DNA of 64,000 nt from Fidelibacterota bacterium (GCA_016844945.1 JAERTJ010000086.1:36180-100179); one strand, 5' to 3'; positions 46,947 through 58,167 are shown, counted from the stretch's first letter. Notes: generated by a model not told the origin, from the letters alone. Translations and numbers: made by a program.

Positions 46947-49898
46947 TTACTCCACCAACCAATCATACACATTGGATCCATCGAGGCTGCCGCCACCACC
47001 TGCCCATTCGCTGACGAGGGCTTCAACGGGACGAAAATCACCTATACCTGCCCCACCATGATCATCCTGGCAGCCCACTGCGATTTGAAAGGATGCATCA
47101 TTGAGGGCTACTTTGAATAAGCTTTTGGGAAGGGTGAACCTGATCGTTTCAGTGACCGCATTGCCAATGGCACCTGCAGAGGTTTGAGGCATATATTCCG
47201 CCAGAGGGACAAGTTTATCATCTACAACTAATATCCCCCCACTGATATACAGGATCAGGTCCGCTTTAAAATCTTTCTGAAAGTTATCCTGAGCATTTTT
47301 ACCTATTTCTCTACTTCCTGATTTAGAATCATAGCTCACGCCAAGAGCACAGTAGGTAAGCTGATATCCATACTCAGCATGCCAGCCCGGATCGACTAGA
47401 TTGGAAAAAATCATTTCAAATTCATAGAAGGATTCATTCTCCCCCACTGCAAAGCTCAAAATATCTGCAATCCCAGGTTCGAATTGATGGTTAGAAGGAT
47501 AGACATAGTTGCCTGTCAAACCAACATCATCCATACGAGAATCCTCAAGTTTGTGGATAACCTGAAAGGGTTGTTTAAATGCCAAGACTTCATCTTTGCC
47601 AAGCAACCGATGCTCTGGACCTGAGAGAGCTGGTACCTCAAGAGTTGTATCGATTTCACAAAAGGGCAACCCATTGATAGGGAGAGTCACATCACCTACC
47701 GAAACCGCATAATCGGGGATATCCCCTGGAACCGTCCACTGCCCCATTTGCTTTTCAAAGCGTACATGAAGCTCTTCTTTTTGCCAGGTCAAATCGAGAT
47801 GATTCAATTTGGATGCATGGAGGAGCTCAAGGTGGAGACTCACAGCGTGTTGACCTGATCTAGTGATATCAATTTCGAAGGCTGATTCAGATTCCTCATA
47901 GCTCACATCCCACCGGTCATCGCCCACAGGATGCCTGAAGCTGATGCTGGTCAAATCCTCTAGAAGACGTGGTGCAAGGGATACCTTTGATTTTGACAAA
48001 TCAGGTTGGAATCCAAGAATATCCTGATAAAAAGTCCGTAAATATTCTGCCAGACTCCATGCTTGACTAAATGTACCGGATAATCGAGTCTCTCCACGCT
48101 TTGGCCAGGCATCCGTCAATTCTGCAATACTTCCAACGGCACCACGATTGAGAATCTGATCTGTCAGACCATTAAATAGCGCCTCTGCATAGTGATATTG
48201 ATGAAATTTTACAGCGGGCGTAATACTGGCAGCCGAATTCCAGGTCCAGATGATACCATTATGGTAAGCAGCATCCTGTACATATAGACCTGGTTGATGA
48301 TGGTAGGGATGGAAATTGGCGTCATCCTGACTCAGGGACAAGACACCACTTCTCGTAATTAACTGAGGAGCCAGGGTTTTAAATGTGGACCAGTCATAGG
48401 TCTCATTGAATAATGAAGGAACCAGAAAGACATTGGGTCTAATCTGGGTATCTTGTACATCATCAGCATTTAAATGATCGACGATATATGTATGGTCTGT
48501 AGATTTAAATTGCTCTAGTCCAAGGTCAGATTTTTCCAGGTTTTTTTGTGCCGCTGCTTCCAATTCTGGATCATCAAAGAGGTGAGCTAATTTCTGTGTG
48601 ATTGCCAGTTGATCTCGCCAGAGAAATTGGATGTCGATAGCCCTATTCCCTCGTGGACTCCAGGGACCCTCGGGACCTTTGGCATCCATCCAGGTATCGG
48701 CATCATCGTGTCTTAAAAGACCGTGGTCATCCACCCAATTTTTCAGGGAACCCAGGGTTGCATGTCGAATACTTGGCCACATTTTTTTGAGGAATTCTTC
48801 ATCCCCGCTATAACGATAATATTCCCACACAGAGCGAACAAACCAGGGCGTTCCATCAGTGGTGTTATAGATGATGTTTGAGGGTTGAGCACGATTTGGG
48901 ACCCGACCATAATTTGGATCATCCGCTTCAGTGTTTTGTAGTTCAGCAAATGATAGAAGAATATCTCGCGCATCTTCAAAGCGACCATTTACAAGGGCAG
49001 CACCTGTGAATGAAATAAAGGCATCCCGACCCCAATAATCATCAAACCATGGGAGACCGGCATAGATACCCTTCCCCATCTGCTCCATGACAAGGGTATT
49101 TAATGAAAGGTGTGCCCAGGTTAAAGCTTTATCCAATTCTGGTTCATTGCTCTTGATATGTGAAGCATCGATTTGTGATTCAAGGCGATCTCTGCGGGAG
49201 CTCCGAGCGCGTTCCATCCAACCAGGAGAATGTTCCAACTCACGATCCTCTTTGTGAAGTGAAACCGATATTGCCAATCGATGTGAACCCCCATACTCGG
49301 CTCTAGGCGTGAGAAAGGAACTGTACAATGTTTTTCCCGGGGGGATGGCTGGTGACCAATTCATGGCTTGTGAAAACCATATCTTCAAATGAGGATAACT
49401 GGAGGACAATCCATCAAGGCGTTTGATATGGGCATTAAGAACACTTCGATCTGTTAATATTTCAAAGTCCTGTGATGTGCTCCCCCCTAATATGGCAGGC
49501 TGAACAGTCCAATGGGTTTCCTCTTCAGCATGCAATTCTATCAGCAGAGTTCGTTGTCTATCAAGGAGTGTCCAGGTTTCACGAATACCCAGGCCAGGAT
49601 ATGTTCGTACCAATGATACTGGATCAACGGTGACCTCTGCAGCTTCACGAGGTAGCAGAACACCGTTTGCAGAAATAAAAAGATCTTCCAGATATCCTCG
49701 TTTAGAGGCAGTTAGCCCATGCCATGGGGAACTGTTATATCCACCAGACCGGGTTACCCAAAAGGCATCAGCTTTATCTGTGTAAGCGATCTCACGCTCA
49801 CTCCCAGCCTCCAGCTCAAATGATGAAGTTTGGGTAGTTGGTTCTGATGAACAGCTCAATATCCAAACTATTATGGGTAGAAATAGTAGTCGTCTCAT
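46947..49898 (-). CDS. Amylo-alpha-1,6-glucosidase / glycogen-debranching-type enzyme (GDE_C-like) with a glucodextranase-like C-terminal domain.
   Basis: Signal/lipobox-like ILSCSS. GLPWFDDYWGRDAFISF and DGTPWF are GDE_C-type motifs. The C-terminus carries GNYVYPSN...DIL.F.V. Confidence 0.8.
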   Translation of the reverse strand: MRRLLFLPIIVWILSCSSEPTTQTSSFELEAGSEREIAYTDKADAFWVTRSGGYNSSPWHGLTASKRGYLEDLFISANGVLLPREAAEVTVDPVSLVRTYPGLGIRETWTLLDRQRTLLIELHAEEETHWTVQPAILGGSTSQDFEILTDRSVLNAHIKRLDGLSSSYPHLKIWFSQAMNWSPAIPPGKTLYSSFLTPRAEYGGSHRLAISVSLHKEDRELEHSPGWMERARSSRRDRLESQIDASHIKSNEPELDKALTWAHLSLNTLVMEQMGKGIYAGLPWFDDYWGRDAFISFTGAALVNGRFEDARDILLSFAELQNTEADDPNYGRVPNRAQPSNIIYNTTDGTPWFVRSVWEYYRYSGDEEFLKKMWPSIRHATLGSLKNWVDDHGLLRHDDADTWMDAKGPEGPWSPRGNRAIDIQFLWRDQLAITQKLAHLFDDPELEAAAQKNLEKSDLGLEQFKSTDHTYIVDHLNADDVQDTQIRPNVFLVPSLFNETYDWSTFKTLAPQLITRSGVLSLSQDDANFHPYHHQPGLYVQDAAYHNGIIWTWNSAASITPAVKFHQYHYAEALFNGLTDQILNRGAVGSIAELTDAWPKRGETRLSGTFSQAWSLAEYLRTFYQDILGFQPDLSKSKVSLAPRLLEDLTSISFRHPVGDDRWDVSYEESESAFEIDITRSGQHAVSLHLELLHASKLNHLDLTWQKEELHVRFEKQMGQWTVPGDIPDYAVSVGDVTLPINGLPFCEIDTTLEVPALSGPEHRLLGKDEVLAFKQPFQVIHKLEDSRMDDVGLTGNYVYPSNHQFEPGIADILSFAVGENESFYEFEMIFSNLVDPGWHAEYGYQLTYCALGVSYDSKSGSREIGKNAQDNFQKDFKADLILYISGGILVVDDKLVPLAEYMPQTSAGAIGNAVTETIRFTLPKSLFKVALNDASFQIAVGCQDDHGGAGIGDFRPVEALVSEWAGGGGSLDGSNVYDWLVE

Positions 49899-50143
49899 AA
49901 TTTTTTATACTTCTTCTCTATATTTTTCCTCTGGTAAAACCCGTGGATTTAACTGTGGATGTATATCCCAGCCAGTGCGAATTGGTTGATCCTTGTAGTA
50001 TTATATAACATGTTACCTTCACCGTTTTAAACGTATCACCCCTCCAGGATTTAAAAAAGTCCGGGGTAAAGAAATGAGTTTTATACTTTGAAAGGGAAGT
50101 GAAGATTAATCCTCCACTTCCCTGCAATAATTTTGAGTGGCCT

Positions 50144-53086
50144 TTATTTCACCAGCATGAGTTTGTTAACTTCACGGTACTGGGGAGTGCTGAATTCAGC
50201 GAAATAAAGTCCGGTAGCCACTGGTTGGTTGGAGTGGTTTACCCCCGACCAGATCACCTCATGTGAGCCTGCCTGTCTTTCACTACTCTGGGTCCAAATC
50301 TCCCTGCCGCGGATATCATATATCTTAAGATTTACCATTGTCGCTTCTGGTAAATCAAAGCGAAGGGTAGTGCTGGGGTTAAAAGGATTGGGAAAAGCAG
50401 GGTACAACTGATAGGATACGGGGTTCTGATCTTTCTGGTCAATACCCACCCAGAGTCTTTCACTGGTAAATATCCTGGCAGAGGAAGCAGGAATAGTGTA
50501 TCCACCGAACCAGTTTGTCTCAATTGTTACTGTATCATCCTCTGTAAATTCATACCAGGTTCCAGCCCAGGGAAACTCGACATCCATGGTCTGATCCGTG
50601 TGATTAAAATTCACAGCGATAACAAAACCAGCTTCTCCCTCCATGGTCCGGTGGTAAATGATGGCTTTCTGAGTATTTGATTTATAGACGACGTTGATGT
50701 TGTTGGACGTCAAGACAGGATAATTATTCCTTAACCAGATCAAATTCTTGTATTTTTGATGCAACTCAGCCAAAACCGGGTCATTTAGATAGTGCCAGTG
50801 AATGGGGTTAAAGTCCAGTGTGCGTTCAGTATCCATTCCTAATTCAGCACCCATATAGAACATGGGGATTCCAGATGCCGTGAATAAAACCTGGGCTCCA
50901 AGTTCAGCTTTTTTAACTGCAGCCTCATAGCTTAAACCATTGGTCTGTGCTTCGAAAATGACACGTTGTTCATCGTGACTTTCAACATAATTCACACAGG
51001 CTTCACTATTCTGGAATCCATCATTCCAATAGCTGATACCCTTTTCAGTTTTATTCATATCACCATAACTGGAACCTTCAAATGTTCCCTGGCGTAAATT
51101 TGCTTTCATCTGGTCGTGGAAGGCATCATGCCAGTGAGAATTGATGTGAGTCAGATTAATCAGGCTACCCACATTAGAATCAAAATGCTCTGCTATTTGA
51201 TAAGCCGTGTTGTCTGCCTGATAGGTCTGACTGGCAAAATAAGCTATACCATCCCATCCTACGCCTGGTGTATGATCATAGCGATATCCATCGACATGAT
51301 ATTCATTAATCCAATGGCGCACTGTGGCTGCAGCAAGGGCTCTCGTACCAGCTTTACTGTGATCAAAATCTGGGAAACCCCAGGCATTGGCTTCAGCATG
51401 CATATAGGGGGAGTTATCATAATCATTGCCATACATTTGTTCATAGGGTGAACTACCATCGGCATGATTAAATACGAGATCAACTAGGACTGCAATCCCT
51501 CTTTCATGTGCTTGGTCCACAAAGGTTTTAAATTCATTCGGAGTTCCATATGAAGATTCAAAAGCCATAAAAAATGCAGGATTATAACCCCAGGAGGATT
51601 CACCAGGAAATTCTGTAGGTGGCATAATTTCTATGGCATTGATACCCAGATCAGCCAGATAGTCAAGTCTCTCTGTCATGCCTACTATATCACCGCTGGG
51701 TGAAAAATCTCTTATCAAAGCCTCATAAATTATGAGATCTTCCATTTCAGGTTTTACATAGGCATCATCTGTCCAGGGAAAATCATCCTCACCAACGCTA
51801 ACCACTGATTTCTGATTTTGGGCTTCCCAATGCTCATTCCCAAACAAATCGGTCCAGTTCACATCCTTGGCAAAGGGGTCCCCAACTACTTTTTCGCCAT
51901 CGAGTATATATTTATACTCATAGTTGCCTGGCTCTAGAGGAATATTCAACCAGAAAATCTGTTGTGCCGGGTCATATTTCATCAGACCCTCGTCCTCATT
52001 CCAATCGTTAAAATCCCCACTTAATCTTACAAATTTTTTCCCAGGGGCGAGAAGGGCGAAAGTTACAGTCCCATCCAAACGATCATGAACCCCGATATAG
52101 TCATAGGGCGGAAGGGGTTCTTCTACCAGTTCAGGGACTTTCCAGACGGTTTTTATATCCATCATAACTCTACCATTATCTCGTCGAGCAAATGCCACTA
52201 ACTGATGTCGACCATAACTCAAGTTTTCAGTATTGGTTGTGAAGTCCACATTTCCCCCACCTGAAATATGCCGGGTAGCACCATCAATGAGGATTTCGAC
52301 ATAATTAGCATCACTTGTTTCCACCTGGATCAATTGATCATCATCCAGTACGTGTTCATCTTCAATGTTTACCACACTAATGGTGGGATCATTGATTCCT
52401 GGTTCATAAGTAATTGGAAAGTGGAAATCTCCTGAACCCGTTCCTTCCCATGTGTCATCATCCCAATGGAAGACGAAATCCACCATATTGACCGCCTGAC
52501 GGGGGTTATTGAATGGCCCAATATCGATCCAATAAACATCGTTTGAATCTGGTCCCTGTAATTGGGATTGAATTGAGTAACCCGCTTGCGCTTCGATGGT
52601 GTTGTCCGGGTGATAGGCTTCAATAGGTTCTGACCATGAATTCACGCCCCACCACAGATATCCTGAGATGTCTTTTTGCTTACTGATACGAATGGTATCG
52701 TTGGGACCCGGAAAGATTGGTTCCCACAGACCGGGCACATTAACTCCGATATGCCAATCGATTCCCTGTCCCCCGTTATTGTCCCAATTGCCCTGACCAT
52801 CCTGGAAAACAAAATCCAGCACATCTGCTTCTTCAGGGATGGTAAAGTGATAAACCCACCAACCATCGGCTTGGGCCGTCATCGGTAAATCCTCCACATT
52901 GGTCCAATCATTCCACCCGAGGTGGATGAGGACATTGGGAGCATCATCCGGTAACGTTCCAGTAATGGTATTATAATAAATGTCAACTGTTCCACCCTGA
53001 GTGATGGTTGCAGGTTCCCAGTATACTGTCTGCCCAAAAAGGGAAACAGTCAGTGCAAGTGCCAGGAAGTAAATTGATTTTTTCAT
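50144..53086 (-). CDS. Secreted GH13 alpha-amylase/pullulanase-like enzyme with N-terminal starch-binding modules (CBM25/53-like), a CBM48/E-set domain and a T9SS C-terminal domain.
   Basis: WDNNGGQGIDW in the N-terminal modules. GH13 regions are VDLVFNHA, VDGYRYDH, IAEHFD and YVESHD. The C-terminal domain reads YPAFPNPFNPSTTLRF...NKLMLVK. Confidence 0.9.
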   Translation of the reverse strand: MKKSIYFLALALTVSLFGQTVYWEPATITQGGTVDIYYNTITGTLPDDAPNVLIHLGWNDWTNVEDLPMTAQADGWWVYHFTIPEEADVLDFVFQDGQGNWDNNGGQGIDWHIGVNVPGLWEPIFPGPNDTIRISKQKDISGYLWWGVNSWSEPIEAYHPDNTIEAQAGYSIQSQLQGPDSNDVYWIDIGPFNNPRQAVNMVDFVFHWDDDTWEGTGSGDFHFPITYEPGINDPTISVVNIEDEHVLDDDQLIQVETSDANYVEILIDGATRHISGGGNVDFTTNTENLSYGRHQLVAFARRDNGRVMMDIKTVWKVPELVEEPLPPYDYIGVHDRLDGTVTFALLAPGKKFVRLSGDFNDWNEDEGLMKYDPAQQIFWLNIPLEPGNYEYKYILDGEKVVGDPFAKDVNWTDLFGNEHWEAQNQKSVVSVGEDDFPWTDDAYVKPEMEDLIIYEALIRDFSPSGDIVGMTERLDYLADLGINAIEIMPPTEFPGESSWGYNPAFFMAFESSYGTPNEFKTFVDQAHERGIAVLVDLVFNHADGSSPYEQMYGNDYDNSPYMHAEANAWGFPDFDHSKAGTRALAAATVRHWINEYHVDGYRYDHTPGVGWDGIAYFASQTYQADNTAYQIAEHFDSNVGSLINLTHINSHWHDAFHDQMKANLRQGTFEGSSYGDMNKTEKGISYWNDGFQNSEACVNYVESHDEQRVIFEAQTNGLSYEAAVKKAELGAQVLFTASGIPMFYMGAELGMDTERTLDFNPIHWHYLNDPVLAELHQKYKNLIWLRNNYPVLTSNNINVVYKSNTQKAIIYHRTMEGEAGFVIAVNFNHTDQTMDVEFPWAGTWYEFTEDDTVTIETNWFGGYTIPASSARIFTSERLWVGIDQKDQNPVSYQLYPAFPNPFNPSTTLRFDLPEATMVNLKIYDIRGREIWTQSSERQAGSHEVIWSGVNHSNQPVATGLYFAEFSTPQYREVNKLMLVK

Positions 53087-54840
53087 TTGATGACTCCAAA
53101 CTGATGTGGCAGAAGTGACAGGGTGCTATCTGGGTTTTCAGTAACCCCTCCATATAAAATGGATTCCATGCCACCGGCTGAAAATTTAAAGGTGTCTGCA
53201 GAAAAGTTGTAGAAGGTCAGCAAGGGACCATGCTTATATGCCATGACCTGCTTGTCATTATCAGCAATGATAATCTGAAAGGGTGAATCCGCTTTAATAT
53301 GTTCTTTTCTGAGAGCCAGAACATCTGACATGACCTCAGCGATTCCAAAATCACCATTTTCCCAATCCATGGGAACGCGTTCGAAAATAGCCGGGGTGTA
53401 TTCACCGGTAACGCCAATTTCCTGACCAGCATAGATCAGGGGATTTCCCTTCATCAGCGCAATAAAAGACCAGGCTGTTAAATTTAAATCCCTGTTTGGT
53501 GTGAGAGTGGCAGATCTGGTTTTATCGTGGTTCTCTGTAAAGCGCATACGGAGTGCGCCTTGAGGATACTGGAATTGTTCCAGCTCATAGGATCGTTTCA
53601 CTTCGGAAGGGTCTGCATTACCCTGTGTTAATTGAATCATTGCTTCCCACATGTTCCAGGAATAGGTCATATCATGACCATTTAGGTGCAGATCAGGTCT
53701 GGCACCTTCAGCCAGAAAGAAAACATCTCGTTTGATATCCTGACATGCTTTTTTTGCATCAGCCCAGAAGTCATTGGGAACGAGTTCAGCAACATCAAAG
53801 CGATAGCCATCTATGTCTGTTTCAGTGATCCACCATTGGAGCATCTCCAACATATAATTCCTCAACTCAGGATTATCGTAGTTGAGATCCGCAACATCAG
53901 ACCAATCCGCATTGGGTGGAACAATTTCACCTGATTCATCGTGGGTGTACCACTGGGGATGATCAGTCATAAGCTGATTATCCCAGGCTGTATGATTCAT
54001 AACAAAATCAAGAATGATGTGCATGTCTCTTTTATGAATTTCCTTAACCAATGCCTTGAACTCATCGAGTGAGCCAAGCTCTGGGCTGGTGGCATAGTAG
54101 TCTTTCACTGCATAAGGACTGCCTGCTGTGCCTTTCCGGTTTTCTTCACCAATAGGATGAATGGGCATGAGCCAGATTAACTCTATCCCAAGGGATTTGA
54201 TCCGATCCAAATCTCCAATTAAAGCAGTAAAAGTTCCCTCAGGGGTTTGCTGCCTTACGAATATCTCATAGACTGGCGTATTGAGTGCCCAGCTTGGGGC
54301 TTTGGGAGCTTTATGTTTACTGGCTTCTGACCGCACCAGGTCGACCTCATCGATATAGGGTTCCAGATACACAGGTCCGTTGATACCACCTGGCCCACCC
54401 GTGTCCTCAATCCTCAGAACCAGATGATGAATTTTACCATCAGAGAGCTGTTCTCCAATATCAAAATAGAACTTCACCCCATAGCCCATCTGTTTTCCAA
54501 ATAGACGTCCATCTAACCAGATCACAGCGTTATCATCTACCGAATCAAAAACCAGAGCCAGGTTATAGCCTGCAGCTACATGCTTTGCCTGAATGGTGGT
54601 GGCGTACCACGCAAAACCATCATAATCTTCATCGCCCCAGGATCCAGGGACTTCAATGGTCTCCCAATCTGAACGATCATAGTCGTTGTCAAACCAGCCA
54701 GCACGCAAACCAACTTTTGCCGAATCGTATTTCAGAACCCAGGGTCCTTCAATCATTTGTTCTTCCGTAGAGAGGGGTTCACAGTTGAAGAGAGCAAGCG
54801 CTGCTACAACAAGAACTAGTATATGGTGTATCTGTTTCAT
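53083..54840 (-). CDS. GH13 alpha-amylase-family enzyme with an N-terminal GH2-type sugar-binding-like domain.
   Basis: WETIEVPGSWGDEDYDGFAWY in the N-terminal domain. GH13 regions are ILDFVMNHTA, IDGYRFDVA, FFLAEG and FTENHDK. It overlaps the downstream GH13 gene by 4 nt. Confidence 0.9.
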   Translation of the reverse strand: MKQIHHILVLVVAALALFNCEPLSTEEQMIEGPWVLKYDSAKVGLRAGWFDNDYDRSDWETIEVPGSWGDEDYDGFAWYATTIQAKHVAAGYNLALVFDSVDDNAVIWLDGRLFGKQMGYGVKFYFDIGEQLSDGKIHHLVLRIEDTGGPGGINGPVYLEPYIDEVDLVRSEASKHKAPKAPSWALNTPVYEIFVRQQTPEGTFTALIGDLDRIKSLGIELIWLMPIHPIGEENRKGTAGSPYAVKDYYATSPELGSLDEFKALVKEIHKRDMHIILDFVMNHTAWDNQLMTDHPQWYTHDESGEIVPPNADWSDVADLNYDNPELRNYMLEMLQWWITETDIDGYRFDVAELVPNDFWADAKKACQDIKRDVFFLAEGARPDLHLNGHDMTYSWNMWEAMIQLTQGNADPSEVKRSYELEQFQYPQGALRMRFTENHDKTRSATLTPNRDLNLTAWSFIALMKGNPLIYAGQEIGVTGEYTPAIFERVPMDWENGDFGIAEVMSDVLALRKEHIKADSPFQIIIADNDKQVMAYKHGPLLTFYNFSADTFKFSAGGMESILYGGVTENPDSTLSLLPHQFGVIK

Positions 54841-54862
54841 GGTGATTCCTAAAGCGAGATGT

Positions 54863-55696
54863 TTAGCCTTTGACCGAACCCAATGTGAGTCCCCCGATCA
54901 AATACTTTGTCAAAAATAAAAATAACGCAATAGCCGGGATTGAGACAATCATGGCTCCTGCTGCATAAAGTCCCCACTCTGTAGTCATGTTCGCTTGAAA
55001 AGATTTCAGGCCAATGGGCAGGGTGAACATTTCCTCATACCAGAGCACCTGCGCCGCTACGATGTATTCAGTCCAGGCTGACATAAAAGAGAAGAGTGCT
55101 GTAATGACCAGGGCAGGTGAAGCCAGGGGCAGTATAATTTTATAGAATGCCATAAATCGACTGGCGCCATCAATTCTAGCAGCTTCTTCCAGTGAGTAGG
55201 GAATGGTATCATAATAACCCTTCATCTGCCAGACACAGAAGGGCAAAGCTGTTGATGAGTAAATAACAATCAGTCCCAGATAGGTGTTTATAAGATGGAG
55301 GCTGGAAAGCATGATAAACAAAGGCAGCAACAACATGGTTGCAGGAAACATCTGTGTCACCAGAAGACTCAATAAGCTGGCTTCCCTTCCGGGGAATCGA
55401 AAACGCGACAGTGCATACCCTGCTGTGGATGCAAGAGCCACACCAGTGATGACAACAGTAACGGTAACCAGAATCGAATTCCAGATCCAGGTGCCAAAGG
55501 GATGATCCGTGAACAGCGTGATATAGTTGTCGAAACTCCAATCCTCAGGAATGATGGATAAACTTTCCGTCAGGAGGTTGTCACCGGGACGGATAGAGAT
55601 GGTAATCACTCGTAGGATGGGATAGATGGACCATGCAATCGCTAGAAAAAGCAACGCATAGATCATAATATACTGGAGGGCCGATGTCTTTTTCAT
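54863..55696 (-). CDS. Carbohydrate ABC transporter permease (MalG-like).
   Basis: Six TM segments and the EAA loop EEAARIDGASRFMAFYKIILPLASPAL. Confidence 0.85.
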   Translation of the reverse strand: MKKTSALQYIMIYALLFLAIAWSIYPILRVITISIRPGDNLLTESLSIIPEDWSFDNYITLFTDHPFGTWIWNSILVTVTVVITGVALASTAGYALSRFRFPGREASLLSLLVTQMFPATMLLLPLFIMLSSLHLINTYLGLIVIYSSTALPFCVWQMKGYYDTIPYSLEEAARIDGASRFMAFYKIILPLASPALVITALFSFMSAWTEYIVAAQVLWYEEMFTLPIGLKSFQANMTTEWGLYAAGAMIVSIPAIALFLFLTKYLIGGLTLGSVKG

Positions 55697-55819
55697 GATG
55701 GGTCACTCTCTGCTAACCATAAAAGCTCAAAACTATAAGGATTCGCAAAACAAAATTTAATCATTTTTGTGCTACTTCGTGTCTTTGTGACTTGGTGGTT
55801 AAATTCTAAAAGTTTCATA

Positions 55820-58111
55820 CTAGTAAGCCGTTTCCGTGGCTTTGTTTTTTTGCATGAATTTTACTGAGAACAGCGCCAGCATGAGGAATATCATAAAGCT
55901 GAAAGCAGCAGCATAACCATAGCGATAGAGATTGAATGCTGCTCGATAAACAAAACTCACCAAAATATGAGTTTGATCTCCAGGTTGCCCACCGTTTGAG
56001 ACCAACCAGACCACATTGATATTATTAAAAGTCCACACAATGCCCAGGGTAATGGCCGGGACCATAACCGGGCGCAACAAAGGCAATGTAATTTTTTTGA
56101 ATTGATGCCAGGGTGATGCCCCATCAATGGAAGCAGCTTCATAGAGTTCCTGAGGAATGGATTGTAATCCACCCAGAGCAATAATCATCATAAATGGGAT
56201 ACCCAACCAGACATTGGTGATAATGGCTGCAATAAATGCATTGGTAGGATCAATCAGCCAGGAAATGGGCTCCATTCCAAAGACATTCTTAAGGATGATA
56301 TTCACGGCGCCATAATCAATATTGAACATGCCACGCCAGGTAAGAGCCGTGATATAGCTGGGTACAGCCCACGGTAAAATCAGGAGAACTCTAATGATGC
56401 CTTTGCCCGGCAACGGTCTGTTCAATAGCATTGCCAGCATGACACCAAAGACAACATGGAGGCTCACATTCACCACAGTCCAGATGATGGTTTTCATGAA
56501 GAAATAGTAGAACTGATTGTCGGTTAGGACCTTGCCATATTGAGAAAGTCCAATGATACGCCAATCATTCACCGTGGTAAGACCCATATTCGAAAAGGAG
56601 ATCACCAGGTTATAGAAAAAGGGATACACCACCACTCCAAAAATGAATATCGCAGCAGGGGCTACCATGAGGACCCCAAAGCGGGATTCCTTGACCTGAA
56701 CGCCAGGTACACCTCGAATCAGTGGTAGGATAAATGCGATGAAGAGTTTGTAGAGCGCCCAGACTGCAAGGGCAATCCCTGCCAGGTATACCAGGATTGC
56801 TGTAATATTGATGGCGTCTGCATCTACATCCTGTCCTTCGAATAATTCAGCCACCTTTTGCAGGGCAACTTCCTGTTGAAAGGCAACACCCTCTTCAGGG
56901 GACATACTCCCACCTAATACATTTTGGTAAGCAGGACGCATGGCATCCCAGATCGCGCGCATCTGTGGAGATATTGGCATAGCCTTGCCACGTGACACCT
57001 GTTCTATAGATGTACGAATGATGGGATCTTCAGCAATCTGAGGTCGTTCTCTAACTTCAAGTCGGGTGGGGATTGTCGCCAGGCGGCTGGCATACTTAAA
57101 CTGAGCCTCAGCACTTGTGAGAAATTTCATTAGCTCTACGACTTGTGTCTCGCGTTCACCTTCAAGGTAGGGATTTAAATAGTATCCCTTTGTAGCGATC
57201 ATAGGTGCTGGATAAAGACCTGTTTCCTCATTGATGGGCAGAACCGCCAGACCAAAATCAACATGGGGAGATTCCATATATTTTGCCCAGGACCAGGCAC
57301 CATTGATGAGCATACCAGCAGCACCAGTATTGAATTTTGAATCCGCAATATCATAATCACATTCAGCTGGGATGATGCCGTGGACATCTCGCATATCTCT
57401 TACAAATTTGAATGCTTTTACAGCAGCTTCATTACCCAGTGTGGGGTTTTGATCTTCATCCATGACCCACCCGCCGTATGAAGCATAAAAGGGCATAAAG
57501 AAAAATGGTTCTGTAAAATTCCAGACCAGTCCGTATTGATCTACAATACCATCACCATTTTTATCTATGGTAAGTTTTTTTCCGAATTCTATGAGTTCCT
57601 GGAGGGTTTCAGGGGGCCGATCCAATCCAACTTCTGCGAAAAGACGTTTATTATAAACCAGGGCAAGGTGATTGCCCAACTCATCGCCAATCTGGTATAG
57701 ATGCCCCTCATACCAGGTCAGGCCTTTGGGGTCAAATTCCTGGAGTTCCGCTTCAGTGAAAAATTCTTCCAGGGGTTTAATAATGTCCATTTCTACCAGC
57801 GCACCAGTAAAATCACTGGGACCGTACAGTAAGTCTGGGCCACCCTCAGTGAAGGCTGTGGCTGACATGTAAGCCATCCTGACCTCCTCATTCTCTTTAT
57901 AGAGCAGATGGACATTTATATCGGGGTGGGTACTCTCATATTCAGCAATGAGTTCATGAAGCACTGCCCGACTGGGTGAAGGCATAGGATGCCACAAGTG
58001 CAAGGTTGTTTTCTCAGCGCTCCACAAGCTCCCGGTCATCATGATGATGAGTAGCAGAATTTGCAGAGTTGATAACAGTAAACCTAAACTTTGGTCATTC
58101 TTACGCTTCAA
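55820..58111 (-). CDS. Fusion of an extracellular maltodextrin-type solute-binding protein (MalE-like, ~430 aa) to an ABC permease (MalF-like).
   Basis: The N-terminal half has SBP features (LHLWHPM..., DLLYGPSDF, INGAWSW). From about 56800 there are TM helices and the EAA loop YEAASIDGASPWHQFKKITLPLLRP. Confidence 0.85.
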   Translation of the reverse strand: MKRKNDQSLGLLLSTLQILLLIIMMTGSLWSAEKTTLHLWHPMPSPSRAVLHELIAEYESTHPDINVHLLYKENEEVRMAYMSATAFTEGGPDLLYGPSDFTGALVEMDIIKPLEEFFTEAELQEFDPKGLTWYEGHLYQIGDELGNHLALVYNKRLFAEVGLDRPPETLQELIEFGKKLTIDKNGDGIVDQYGLVWNFTEPFFFMPFYASYGGWVMDEDQNPTLGNEAAVKAFKFVRDMRDVHGIIPAECDYDIADSKFNTGAAGMLINGAWSWAKYMESPHVDFGLAVLPINEETGLYPAPMIATKGYYLNPYLEGERETQVVELMKFLTSAEAQFKYASRLATIPTRLEVRERPQIAEDPIIRTSIEQVSRGKAMPISPQMRAIWDAMRPAYQNVLGGSMSPEEGVAFQQEVALQKVAELFEGQDVDADAINITAILVYLAGIALAVWALYKLFIAFILPLIRGVPGVQVKESRFGVLMVAPAAIFIFGVVVYPFFYNLVISFSNMGLTTVNDWRIIGLSQYGKVLTDNQFYYFFMKTIIWTVVNVSLHVVFGVMLAMLLNRPLPGKGIIRVLLILPWAVPSYITALTWRGMFNIDYGAVNIILKNVFGMEPISWLIDPTNAFIAAIITNVWLGIPFMMIIALGGLQSIPQELYEAASIDGASPWHQFKKITLPLLRPVMVPAITLGIVWTFNNINVVWLVSNGGQPGDQTHILVSFVYRAAFNLYRYGYAAAFSFMIFLMLALFSVKFMQKNKATETAY

Positions 58112-58167
58112 ATTGATTCTCCTTCAGGTCATCCCTGTGGATTCAAAATTATGGTAAATAAAATTCT

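Noticed and set aside
46872-47120. 82-aa plus-strand ORF.
   Set aside because: Most of it is antisense to the 3' end of the 983-aa debranching-type gene. Its 5' part is the hairpin-motif region.
49918-50127. 69-aa minus-strand ORF between the GH13 and debranching genes.
   Set aside because: It has no RBS and an odd composition. The spacer more plausibly holds a terminator-like hairpin (50093-50121) and a promoter.
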